Source of the DNA: Lama glama
Taxonomy: Eukaryota
Assembly: GCA_028534125.1 (NCBI GenBank)
Contig: CM052816.1
Coordinates: 91,514,001 to 91,578,000 of the forward strand
Reading direction: 5' to 3'
DNA: 64,000 bases
Part shown: piece by piece, positions 1 to 12,620 of the stretch
Layout of the letters: the number at the start of each line of letters is the position of its first letter
How positions within the stretch are numbered: position 1 is the first letter of the stretch
Notes under the pieces: generated by a model
The model's database searches: none
What the model was told of the DNA's origin: nothing
Seen by the model: only the letters and a program-made list of their open reading frames with translations
Translations under genes and position numbers: made by a program

Positions 1-3000
1 CATCCTGGGCAGGATTCCTGGAAAGGCTTATTAAGGGAATAGTTCATCTTCCACTTCCCTGCTCATCTGAAGAATTTTTTTACAATGGAGAGCAGGGATC
101 ACACTAGCGTATATACCCACCCAGGCAGAGGTAGTCTCTTATCAGCTTAGCATGTATGTTTAAAATATGTATCTGCATGTGTTTATATTTATCCATTTTA
201 ACGTAATAGGTGCTCAATGAATATTTTTTGGACAATAAGTAAATGTGTACTATGCAAATATACGGTCAAAATGAGTCCACATGTTGATATAGGCCCTTTC
301 AAAATTAATTTGGCCATAGAATCTGTTAACTGGTAGAGTAACAGCAACGACGTCATTCATTTTTCTGATCTCAGAATTCAATGGCCCTTTCTTTGAGAAC
401 ACTTTCTTGATCTCAAAATCTAAATCAGAGCCTTCCTTGTTATTCTTATCCAAAGCACCTAAATTCTTTGTCTTCATTTCACTTATCATGAGTAGTAATT
501 TATGTCTATCAGTGTGTATTCAGTGGCTCTGTCTTGTGGTTCATTGTTGAACCTCCAGTACACAACAATGTCCAGCACAAAACGGCTGCCCAATAGAATT
601 TTGTTGAATTAAAAATACGAGCAAAGGAGGAGGTAACATCTCTGCTTACTAAGCAGAAGATCACTGAGTGACTGATGCGATTCTAGATGACACCGTAAAT
701 GCATATAGACCAAGAGGACTATGTTGAGAACAGAGGAACCAACCCATTATCCAAATTAGCCCCAAGCTCTACAAAGAAATGGAGTCGTTTAGCCCATTGA
801 GAAAAGTTTCACTGGGAAGGAATAGGGACATGGACAATGACAGTCACCTACTGTCTCAAGACATTACAAGGGTTGTCTCTGAGGAAGAGAGTATCGTCAC
901 ACACACGCATACACACATGTTTTAATTTGGCCTTGGGGATGGTCTAGGATCAGTGTTGACAATGATAATTACTGAATGTAAACATTTGAGATCAGTGTTA
1001 AAAAAAAACAAACCAGTGTTTTTAATAGTTAAATCTGCCCCCAAGTAGAATGGACAATTTTAGGAAGTCTTCATATCTTCAATTAGACAAACTCTTAGTC
1101 CGTACATTAAAGTAAACATAATTAAGCAACGGCATGGGGGTGGGACCAGCAGGAAATGGACAGCACTGGAAAGTTCTGGCTCATCTTGGCTGTCTTGACC
1201 ATTGAGGGCTGGTCAGATGATCTTTGGCTTCTTCTGATCTCAAGGTTCTGCAGAAATAGTTGTAAAGCCCATGGTTCCTTAGGACATTGATCACCCAGGC
1301 TGCTCTTGAAAGAGCCTGAGTAGACAATCTGGCCTTTGATGTTTCAAGTTTATGAGGTATGTCGCCAAAACTGCAGTGCTTTATAAATTCATAGCAAATG
1401 GGTGACGATTTAATAACTTCACTTTTCAAATGGAACGTGAGAAATCTAAGCGGTTGCCCCAAACTGCCTAACTATTAACCTCAATTTATTGGTAATAAAA
1501 ACAACCACATATTCTTAGTAATGTAAGCCCTCTGTAGCTATAGTATTCATATTTGTTAAAAACATTTTTTTTCTGTACAGCAAAAAGAAGTGAACTATTT
1601 TTCCAGCAAATCAAAATTCGGCAGCATTTGGACTAGCAAATAATATTGCTACACACAACTATGAGTCTATAACTCAGATTTGTCCTCTTTTTCAAACCCT
1701 ATAATCCTAGACTGAACTACTGCAAACTGATCTTTTGAGTAGACAGAGTCCCCGCCAGCCATCTCCTTCACCTTTGTTCACTATATTTAGGTCATAGAAT
1801 GAGTGTTCCACTATTCTGGAACATTTTTGTCCTTGGAACTAAAATGATAAAAAGTTCCAATATTTTACTTTATTTACACACCATTTACATTCATTTCCTC
1901 CCATCGTCCCACAGACCTCCAAGCATCTCATCAAGTCCTAATCGGGAAGAGAACAGCTCAATACCTTGCAGAGTTTATGGTGATTTTACGTGTTGCATTA
2001 GTATTTTCCTTACTCTATATTCTTACAATTACTGAGAATATCATTTTAAAATTCACTACCCGTCAGATCCATTTGACTAAAAGCAATGATCCAACATCAG
2101 ATAGTCTGGGGGACACTAGTTTTATCCGTGCCTAAAAATGCCCTAGATTCAACAAGGAAGTCCTTTTTTCAATTATAATTAATATTGCACAATCCCTGTT
2201 GCCAATTTTTCCCAACTCATTTTTTCCCTTCAAATTTCTTTTTAATCTTGTTTCTTTCCTACAAATTATGAGGCAAACTGGCTGTGCTGAGGCAATATTC
2301 AGTACCAATAAATCAAGGCTTCCCATTAAACTGTACAATTTCTTGCTGATGGCACTTGAAGAAGAAAGTTATTAAATCATTACTCATTTAATATAAATTT
2401 TTAGGATGCTTTAATACTTCTCGCTGAATACTTTGACTCATGCACAGTGTAGAAATCTAGATATGGTATAGAAAACCTGGCAAGATCTTAGTGACTTTCA
2501 GGGTTTACTATTTAGTCTGCTGTTGTTAATGACAGAAGGGATGGGCGGGTAACTTTCAAGAATGCCTGTTTTCTTTAAAAGGCAACATCCAAGACTGGAT
2601 ACCATGCCACAATGGAAGAAGATACTGGAGTCAGGGAATGTATGAATAGATCCCTTGCTTGGACATCTCATTGAGTGGGACCCTCTACCCTTTGGGCTGT
2701 ACATTGTAGATGTTCATTGGTTGATGAGATGAATTTAACGTTTAGTCATTAAAGAGGGGAGGAGAGAGACAAGTCCATACAGGTAAAAAGAGGTACTCAT
2801 CTTTTCAGGCAAATGGGTTGATCCCTTGCTTTTCTTCGAGGTGGTGAGACTAGAGTAGGGTTCCCTGGGGGAGGATGGCAGGAGGCTCTGCAGCTGGGGC
2901 AAAGTTTCCTCTCCATGGGGCAGGCGTTGGCCTCTCAAAGTACCTGAGGTTGTGACAATCCTGGAGCATGAGGCTTCAAAGTTTTATTCATAGTCCACAA

Positions 3001-3644
3001 TGGTGAGTCTTCAAAGGGCAGAAAATTCTGGCCCAAGGCTATATTTTTTATAAAAATCTGCTCTATCATGAACTCTAGGGGTACATGTGCTTCTTTGGGA
3101 CAGAAGGAAAATCTCTCAGAAGCTGACTTTCAGTCTTCAGTTCTCCCAAATCCCACTTAGTAAACTGAACAGTGACCTGCTGAACCAGCGTGCATTGAGT
3201 GGAGAATTCAAGAAATTCGAAATTTTTCTCAATATTGTGTACAAGCCATGAGAACTTTTACAACTATAATGTCAACTATGATGGTTTTAGCACCATGGAT
3301 TACAGTTTTATTTACTTAACCAGCCACGAAGGTGGTTGAACCCAAAGTATTAGTCCCATTTAGGGATCATTTCCTAAAATGCTACAGTTACAAATTTATT
3401 TCTTTGTCTTAAGTGCTGTCCTCAGCCTCCAGTTCTCTTTCTCAGCTAGCCCAGATGCAGATTAATATATTAAATTATTAACACCATAGGGTGAAAGAGT
3501 TTAGAAATAGGTGGGGAGATGAGAAGTGGTGGGAATATGAAAAGATTTAAATCAAAAATTAATCTTTTGCCTGGGGGACCCAACTGTAAGCACAAATGTC
3601 ACAGATTCTTTTGTTCTCAAATAGCATCTCCCCTCCTTGCCATT

Positions 3645-3822
3645 AGGGTGGGAAGGGGCTGGATAGCCTGTGCACTGTGAAATACTTAACAGTCTCCCTG
3701 CCCTCTAACCACTAGATGCCAGTTACAAACCCAACCCAGTTATGACAACAGAAAATGTCTCCAGACGTTGCCAGAAATGTCCCCTGGGGGTCAAAATTGT
3801 CCCCTTTTAAAAATCACCAGTC
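3645..3822 (-). mobile_element. MER20 (hAT-Charlie)
   Basis: ccactagatgccag...aaaatgtctccagacgttgccagaaatgtcccctggggg matches the reverse complement of the MER20 consensus. Confidence 0.85.
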
Positions 3823-5387
3823 TGGTATAAATTACAATCTTGGAGATGTTAAGGGTAGACGCAGTATAACCTATTTCTCCCATAGATGGCGCTCTTGCTC
3901 AACAAAGTGCTTCATTAACCGGGCAACGGGGAATGGAACCAGAAGGAACAAATACCCTTAGTTCGCAGACCACTTAATCAACTGCAGATTGTCCTTGCTT
4001 TTGCCCCTCTTCTGAATCAGCAGGAAATGGGCAGCCTTGGAGAGTTCTGGTTCCTAATGGCTGCCTTGACCTTCTACAGGTTGATCGGAAAGGCTGATTT
4101 TGAAAGTGGAATGTTCTAGTTGTCCAGACCTCATCCAGAGAGGGAGGCCAGACTGGGCGGGCGCCAAGGTCTGCAGAGCGTTCATTGCCCAAAGCAGCAG
4201 GCCACTCATATGCTTTAGCTATTGCAAAATTGCTCCTTGTTTCTCTACATTTTGTCTTTAAATTGCTTTCATTGTTTTATGTGGTCTGTGGAACACACCT
4301 CATTTCTTTCAGCCTGCAGCCATAATATTTCCAGCAGTTAGCTCATTTAACAGAAGTTCCTTGTATTTTTATCCAAGGAGCCAACATTATAGTAGGGAGT
4401 GGAGGTGAAAGGTTGGAATACATTGCCCTGAAGCGAGAGGCAACTAATTCCATAAAATGTTATTACCCACAGAACGAAAGAGTATTCTTTCACCACCAAA
4501 GTAACGCTGGGAAAGTCTCAAAACTCCCTTTGACAGTTTGCTGAGATTACATGGGACTAGTTACACATTAGACAAATTGCAGGTCCCCCTTACCAGCTCA
4601 CAAGGTCATGCTAGCTAGAAGCAACAATGATGCATCCTCCAAGCAGATGCACATTGCAACCTTAATGCTTTTCTCGGCCACTTGTGAAGTGAACGAGTTG
4701 ACAGGGACAGGATAGAGTAGAAACCCAGAGCTGACATTTTCTTAATTTGTCACTAGCAGCAGAGTGTTCGATGTCAGGACTGCTATTCATTGCAGCCAGA
4801 AGCTGTTGATTGGACCTGTTTATTACCAATAAACTCTTCTGAACAAATTCCATAAGGACTCCTAGTGCTAGATGAATACACCCCAGAAGCAGAGATTCAG
4901 GCCCGTAGGGAACTTTCTCTAGATTCATTAATTCAGTGAGTGCTTTTTGAGGGTTGACTTTGTGCAGATATGAACTTGGTTCCATTTTAGGCGCGGACGT
5001 CTCCTCCCAGTCGCCAGCACTGAGCATAACCCCACCAGCGAGGGCGGGAGCCCGCCTACAGGTCACCCTCTTGTCCAGGTCGGCTTGTCCGCACTCCAGG
5101 GGCTCCTTTTCAGAGCCTCTCTGGGCACCTGTTTTCTTCATCCACGGTGGTAACAACTCCGTGAGATGGGATGCTCCGACTTTAACTGGGCGAGAGGACC
5201 TCAAGGAAGCAAGTCGCCCGTGGTCTGCTGCCATTAATGCGGGCCTCCACCACCAGCAGTGACGGAAGTGGAAGCTTTGCAAACCAAGGAACCTGAGTGA
5301 GGCCGAGTGTGCTACTTGGATGTGTAGTCTTACAAGTCTCCTAGGATGTTTCTTGTATGTGTTCCTGGCCTAGAACCACTGTTTTGA

Positions 5388-5700
5388 TGCAGAAATTCTC
5401 ACGCCTGACTGCACGTTGGGATCACGTGGGAGAGCTTAAAAAATACTGCTGCCTGGGCCCCATCCCTAGAGATTCTGATTTCATTAGTCCATGGCGGGGG
5501 CGGTGGGGGTGGGGCGGGAAGGTTCTTCATGGAAAAGTAATAAAATTTACATCAGTGGTTCTCAATCCTGACTGTACATTAAAATCAGCTCGGAGGAGGG
5601 ACTCTAAGTTTCTTAATGGCTGAACCCCATGCCAGACCAATCAAAAATGAATCTCTAGACTAGAGCCCTGGCTTCTGTAGCTTTGAGTTCCTTGACATAT
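5388..5700. mobile_element. Two adjacent MER5-type hAT-Charlie fragments
   Basis: gcctgggccccatccctagagattctgatttcatt, and cagtggttctcaatcctgactgtacattaaaatca. Confidence 0.65.
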
Positions 5701-5863
5701 TCCAGCACATGGGTAATACGGGTCAGCTGATGCAAATTCTGCTGTTTTCATGTAGGGACGGTCTCTGGGAGGAATCAAAGGCACAGAACAGATCGGACTA
5801 AGATCGTTTTTTGTGCATAAGGAATTAAAAGCCAAATATTTCTCCTGGACTCCATGATAAGAA

Positions 5864-5930
5864 GTGTGTGTGTGTGTGCATGGGCATGTGTGCATGCCCG
5901 TGTGCACGCACACGTATGTATGTGTGTGCG
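5864..5930. repeat. Imperfect (TG)n microsatellite
   Basis: gtgtgtgtgtgtgtgcatgggcatgtgtgcatg...gtgtgtgcg. Confidence 0.85.
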
Positions 5931-7399
5931 TAAGGATAGGCAGGGTAGGTTCTGTAGCACTGTGTGAACAAGAGTGGGATGTTCATGATTAAGAACAAAT
6001 TATTTCCACACTGCAAACATCTATTAACACCTCCAACACGCCATGGGTTGTCAGGAAAAATGAAGCAAGTAATACTGAATACTTAACATGATTCAGAAAT
6101 TTACAGTCTCAGAAGGAAGCATTGCTTTGACAGTCAGAGGGAAGCTAGAGAGAGAAAGGACCTAACTGGAGCTCACATCCTCAAATCTGTCATGTGTGTG
6201 ACCTTGGAGGAAGTTCAATACCTTTCTAAGCTTCTGTTACTCACCTGTTGAAAGTCACATTTGGATGGGAGATGCTGGCTTCCTGTGTCCTCCTCGTCTC
6301 TATAATTTCTTCTCTCCTGGAGAAGCTTCCCACTGTCTCTACCCCATACAATCTGCCTTCACCCGCCTCATGGGGATCTGACCTATTCCTGAGCCCACTT
6401 TTCTCCTCCTCTGAATGACTTACTCTGTCTTCTATGCCCTGGTGCCCAAGCACCGTGTTCTCTGAAGTCTCTAGTGACAGCTGATGGGCCATGAAATTCT
6501 CTGTGGGTGAGGTAGTAACAGCACATTTTGTTTCCCTCCCAAGGATGAGTGATTGGGAACAAAATCTCCAGAAAGTATATTTCCTGGTGGAGATTGGTGA
6601 AAGGTTTGGGGAAAATATGGTCTTCTCTGTGAAACTTGTCAGCTGACCCCCGAGAGTGAGCTCTGAGCTCTGCCTGGGGCTGTTCTACCCACATGACCTC
6701 ATTCCAAGAGGCTCAGGTCCTGCAGCGAGAAAACAAGTCCTCTTTACTCTGCTGGGATTTGCTAATGTAAGAAATTTAATAAGGTTAAAAGTCCAGAGTT
6801 TTATTCCTTTGAGAATAGTAACTAATTTCCAAATTTTTGAACTGAACTGAATCCAGGGTACTTCTGTGAGGGAAAAACATTTTTAGAAACAGAGTGATAT
6901 CATGGTTTTCTGCTCAGGGGATGGAAAAATGCTACTTAGCTCAGTGTGTACTTCACACCACGGACCATGCATCACCTTGTTGATAAAACCTCCTGTGGTT
7001 ATGCCAGCAAGAAATAATTACTCCTTTCTCTGATATTTATGTCTACATTCATTTCTGAAATTATAGAAATTTATTTCCAGTTTTAGTGACACATCACTTT
7101 TCTCACACAATAGTTACTTGAGTACATGTGATATTATTTCCACCTAGACGGTAAACTCCTTAAGAGAAGATCCCACTTTCTGGACTAAGCTCCATCCTGG
7201 GACCGTATGTTGACAGATCTGTATGTAGGCATATAAGTGTTTGTGTTTATATGTTAAAATAATGTAGGAATCACGTATATCACGAGAGAAATATCATACA
7301 AAAATTAGTTGAATTTGCTTCACTCACAGGTCATAAAATTTTAAATGACTGATTCTTTGGGCATCTGTAGCAATACCTTCTGCCATATAAAGAAAGCTT

Positions 7400-7870
7400 C
7401 TGTGTTCACTGGGGCAAACATCAAGGTGTTGGCCAGGCTGGGTTCTTGTCTGGAAGCCACTTCCAATCTTATTCCTACTGGTGGCAGAGCTCAGCTCCTG
7501 TGGCTGCAGAACTGAGGCCTCTGTTTCCTGGCTGGCTCTTGACTGGAGACCACCCCGAGCTCCGAGGTACTGCCACATTCCTTGTCATGTGGCCCCTTCC
7601 ATTTTTAAGCCAACAATAGTTTATCAAATGATTCTCCTGCTTCAAATCTCTGACTCCTTTGTCTCTGGCCTCTAGACCCAGATTTAAAGGGCTCGTGTGA
7701 TTAGGTCAGGTCCAGCCTGGATAATCTCCCGTTCATAAATTCCACTATACCACATACTGTGACCTAGCCACAGGAATGAGGTCCATCATGCTCACAAACC
7801 CTCACGATTATACAGGTGTGTGCACCAGGTGGTGGGCACCTGGGGAGCCATCTTAGCTGTCTGCCTATCA
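7400..7870 (-). mobile_element. MLT1 (ERVL-MaLR) LTR, E/F-like
   Basis: atcaaggtgttggccaggctg...aaagggctcgtgtgattaggtcaggtcc...gccatcttagctgtctgcctatca. Confidence 0.75.
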
Positions 7871-8091
7871 AATACTCCTTCGAGAAGCTTGGTTAAGAAT
7901 GAAAACTACTGAGAGGAATAATCTAGAAGGAAGTGGGACTAAATAATTCTTTTTAAAACCATAGTCAAGAGCAAGCCTTGAGTACATTTGTAAGCTGAGA
8001 AGAGAGGAAGGATGCAGAGAAGGGACTAAAACTCCAAGAGAGTGAGAATAACTGTAAATGGAATCAAGGAGGTGGGTTTCTGAACACAAGA

Positions 8092-8750
8092 CAAAACACT
8101 GACTAAGGAAATTAAAGATGATTAAAGAAATGGAAAGACATCCCCTGCTCTTGGACTGGAAGAATTAATGTTGATAAAATGGCCATACTACCCAAAGCAA
8201 CCTACAGATTGAATGCTACCCCTATCAAATTACAGAACAGGACATTTTTCACAGAACTAGAACAAAGAACAAATAATCCTAACATTTATATGGAATCACA
8301 AAAGACCCAGAACTGCCAAAGCAATACTGAAGAAAAAGAATGAAGCTGGAAGACTAACTCCACCAGATTTCAGGCAATACTACAGAGTTACATTAATCAA
8401 AACAGCATGGTATTGGTACAAAAACAGATATTTGGGTCAAAGGAGCAGAATAATTGACCAAAGATTAATGGACCAAAAATCTGTGGCTTTATTTCCAGGG
8501 GGGAAGGAGGTGGGAAGGGATAAATTGGGAATTCAAGATCTGCAGATGCTAACTACTATATATAAAATAGATAAACAACAAGTTTCTACTGTATAGCATA
8601 GGGAACTATATTCAATATCTTGTAGTAACCTATAATGAAAAAGAACATGAAAATGAATATGTGTACATATATGTATGACTGAACTATTATGTTGTACACC
8701 AAAAATTGACACAACATTATAAACTGACTGTACTTCAATTAAAAAAATAA
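8092..8750 (+). mobile_element. Rearranged L1: ORF2 fragment, a short inverted segment, then the 3' UTR and A-tail
   Basis: tggaagaattaatgttgataaaatggccatactacccaaagc (ORF2); 3' end gggaagggataaattggga...gactgtacttcaattaaaaaaataa. Confidence 0.9.
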
Positions 8751-9119
8751 ACTGAAATGGAGAACAGCCTCTTCTTCAGAGGATGGAAGAGAGACTGTGA
8801 GGGTGGCTGCAGTGATGCGAGATTGTATGTGCAAGGCAGGAATTTGATGGGATGTTTTCAGATCATCTCCTTCACCTCAGTGTGTTCCCTAGGCAGTAGA
8901 AGGCCAAGGCAGGCAGAGATAGGGGTAGGGTAGACAGCACTGGGGGGATGTTGAGAGAGTGGGTGTTAAAAGTGGACCCTGAGATGGCTGACCCAGGGCA
9001 TCTCAAGTGCTTGAAGGATTAGTAAATCCAGCCAGTAAGAAGGATGCTGGAGCTGCCTCACACCTGCTGGGGGGTGGCCCCTACATACTTCTATCCCCAA
9101 CACTGAGTTCCATGAGATG

Positions 9120-9237
9120 ATGTTAATAGCCTGAAATTGGCCATAGTGGGGATATTTATACCTTGGAAATTGGCAAACACTGCGATTAGGGCTTTTTAAA
9201 CAGAGAGCTGGTTGTTAAATATTTACCAGGACATCTG
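9120..9237. mobile_element. MER63-like hAT fragment
   Basis: gagagctggttgttaaatatttaccaggaca resembles the MER63 terminus. Confidence 0.55.
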
Positions 9238-10218
9238 TCCTGCGAGGACTGCCTTTTGGGTTCCAGAGGCATCAAACTACATCAAGTTGCTTCTGTTCAT
9301 AAATTGCCAGTTCCACAAAGAGGTCACAGGAGCATCTGGATAAGAGGCAAAGTAGGCACAGTTTACAGAAAGGTAACTGAGGTTACTAAAATATTTAGCT
9401 TTCATACCAATTTAATGCACATCAATAATAAAGGGGAATAGTGCTAAGGGAGACCTCAGGAGCAGCTCACAACTCTGTTCTCTCCACAGAGCAGGTCTCA
9501 GCCTCGCACATCCAAATATGCGAATCCGCTGGGACTCATGACAACAGGAGTGTTTAGACACTGAGGTAAATTTGGGCAGATAATAGGAAATTTTCCTTTC
9601 TTCCTTCCTTTCTTCTTTCTTCCCTCTTTCTTCCCTCATCCTTTCCTTCTTTTTTTCTCTTTTAATAATATGTGGGTTTTTAAGAGAAACCTGGTATTGA
9701 GACTTGTCTAAGAAAGTCAGGAAAAGGCAAAAGGAAAAAACTGAACTAGAAATGGAGAAAGATGAGCAGCAAAGAGAAAAATAAAGGAAGCAAAGAAAGC
9801 CACAGAAGCACCATCAGAGGTATTAGCATAATATCCAGAGAAGAAACACTTCCAGTGAGGAAACTAATTCAACTCTGTATTTCTTTGAATAATTTCTGAA
9901 TTGCCAGTGGTCTTCCTAAAATCGATGAGGTGAATACACACCTTGATTCCTTAATTGAAAAGGTATACTGTCTCAGGGTCCCCAGATACTCACGAGGCAG
10001 GCTGCAGTTGGAACAGCTTCTATTTCAGGAAAAAACACTGGAAAGACCCCTTGATGAGCATCAGGGCACTCCTGCCATCCCCCTACGCCTCCCGTAATTC
10101 ACGCTATTATCTGCTTTAAGCGGCCCTGGGTGGGGAGAACACTGAGTCCAGGGGAAGGCAAAGGAAGCGAAGCATTGGAGAACTCTGACTTCTGTGTATC
10201 ATTTTAAACCAATGTTAT

Positions 10219-10339
10219 CTCAAAAATAAAATTTGGAGGGTAGTTTCTGTATTTATTTTTCTGGCGGAGGTGCTGGGAATTGAACCCAGGACCCTGAGCA
10301 TGCTAGGCACGCACTCTACCACCAAGCTATACCCTCCTC
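10219..10339 (-). mobile_element. tRNA(Ala)-derived camelid SINE (vic-1 type)
   Basis: Minus strand GAGGAGGGTATAGCTTGGTGGTAGAGTGCGTGCCTAGCATGCTCAGGGTCCTGGGTTCAATTCCCAGCACCTCC with Pol III A/B boxes and an A-rich tail. Perfect TSD aaaccaatgttat at 10206-10218 and 10340-10352. Confidence 0.88.
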
Positions 10340-11437
10340 AAACCAATGTTATTTGTGCTAAAAGAAGGCACTAAAAAGGTATGACAATAAGAAAAAATTG
10401 GAATTGTCATTAACACTTAAACTATTCAAAAGATTCAGGGTCTTTATTCTCCTTTTTACCTGAGACAATTACCACATAGTGGTTCTTAAATTCTTTTGGG
10501 AGAGGTCAATGTGAAAACATTACTGTAGTACTAGAAAGGTGAATTTTATGTGTTTATAAGTCTACTTTTTAGGGCCAGCCTAAATGTCCCTCTTAGGTCC
10601 AAGCCACCCAGGAGAGAGGAGGCTAAAGAAAAAGGCTGAATGGCAGAGTGGACACTAACGCTGGATTTTCCCCTGTGCCAAAGTGATCGGCCTCTGTCTT
10701 TCTTGCTCAAGGGACTTTGGGACGGTAACTTAGAGGCACCGTGAAGAATAAATTTGGATTCTGGACATTTCCTTAACACTATCTTTTTTGATGAACTATC
10801 TCCCCTTAGCCTCTTCATCAAATGCTTCACTAGTGTTCTCAAAGGTTGCTGTGATTTATCACAGCTCAACAGATGTATCCATGTGGGATGTTCCAATTGT
10901 TGTATAAATTAGAGTTCAGTCTGGATTCTAGATAAATTAAAATAGACTAAGACTGTCTTTTCTGTAAGGCTATGGCTCTAAGAATTGGCTCTCCATGAGC
11001 AACTAATTACGCCAGCCTCATGACATTTTGAAGAAATTCATGTATCCCTAAGAAGGTAGACTACAATTCACTGATTCCACAATTTGCTTTAAAAAAAATT
11101 AATCTAAGTCACTCTGAGTCAAGAGATTATTTTACTTCTGACATTTTAAGGTATGGAACAAGTTGAATTTTAAAATTAAGTTCGAATAAATATTGAATAA
11201 TATATAATATCAAAAGTTCCAGATCAAAACCACTTTAAGACAAGTGTGTATATAAATACAAATATGTAACATAAATGTGAAAGCAATTTCTTTAGCTAAA
11301 GAAATGTTTCAAAAAATGAAAGCAAAGTAAAACACACTAGTGTTAAAGTCATTCAATGACTAAAAAGAAATTAATAAAAGTCATTTCTAATTCTGCTCCC
11401 CAAGGGTTATTATCACTGAGGTCTTTCTTCAGGCATG

Positions 11438-11820
11438 TTGTATTAGTCAGATATTACAGTAATAATACCGCTTAACAAAGAACTACAAAATCCCAGTGGA
11501 TTACAACAAACATTTGTTTTTTTCTTGATTATGAATATGTAGATGAATGACTTGGCTGGAACCTTTCTGGGCTAAGTCAGTTTCTCTTGACCTGGCTCTA
11601 GGCAGTGGGTACATTCAGATCTATACCACACACCTCATTCTGGGCTCAGTGAATACCCAGTGCCTACTCTTCTCTTGGTAATAACAGAAGTAGGGAAGAT
11701 AAGCTAAACCATGGAAACTTACTTACATTGTCTGCTCACATCACATCTTGTAGGAGTTCATTAAACTAAAGCTACTTACAAGACCAATCAGAGTCAGTAA
11801 CCTCTCATAAAGGGGAACTA
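11438..11820 (-). mobile_element. Old MaLR (MLT1J/K/L-like) LTR fragment
   Basis: tgtattagtcag...aaaatcccagtggattacaacaaacattt. Confidence 0.5.
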
Positions 11821-12239
11821 TATTAAGGTAAGGGAGGAAAGAAAAAAATTACGAGCAGATAATATAATTTTATTTATATATAATATACTTATAAATGTAT
11901 ATACATATGTGAGCATGTGAACATATAATGTGTTGTATGTATATAGCATTAAGATGTCCCTACATAAAATCTAAATAAGAAACATTAAGACCAAAACAAA
12001 CAAACAAACAAAAATCCTCTAATAATTTGGGGGAGGAGTGGCTGATACACTGATTAAAGATAAAAATGAACATTCATCCAATGTCGTTGCTACTTTATTC
12101 CTTTATTTATTACACAAAATAATATATGCATAATTAAAATAACCTTTTAAACTGTCAGCTGGATAAAGCTGACAACTGTTTATATCCAACTATTTTAAAA
12201 GTTTAAAACTTTAAAATCATACTCTTTATATTCAGAAAA

Positions 12240-12620
12240 TAGCCATGGGGTAATGGAGTAAAAGACGAATAAACACTGAACTCACAATTAGAAGATTCAC
12301 ATTTGAGTTCTCTTTGGAAGTTGTGTGTCTTAGGTCAGGTTAACCTTTTTGATCATCAGTGTAGTTATCTAAATTAAGGAAGTAATGATACAACTGGGGT
12401 ATTCTGAAAAAAATGTATGATAAGAATATAAACATTTGTAAATACACAAAAAACAACTAGCATTCACCAACCGATTGTGTGTGCTAAGTATTTTTTGCAA
12501 ATTTCTTAATTTTACCTTCATGATATCCTTATGAAAATGTCTGGTGATACAAACAGTACCCCGTTTCACAGATGGAGTTTCTGAGAAATTGAATCCCTTG
12601 CCACATTCCTAGGACTTGGT
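12240..12620. mobile_element. Two degenerate MIR SINEs in opposite orientation
   Basis: Core-like tgtgtgtcttaggtcaggttaacc and ccccgtttcacagatggagtttctgag. Confidence 0.5.

Noticed and set aside
10265..10339. tRNA-Ala gene
   Set aside because: TSD, A-rich tail and degenerate stems show it is a SINE.
12153..12174. Hairpin tgtcagct-ggataa-agctgaca
   Set aside because: An 8-bp stem is expected by chance in 64 kb.
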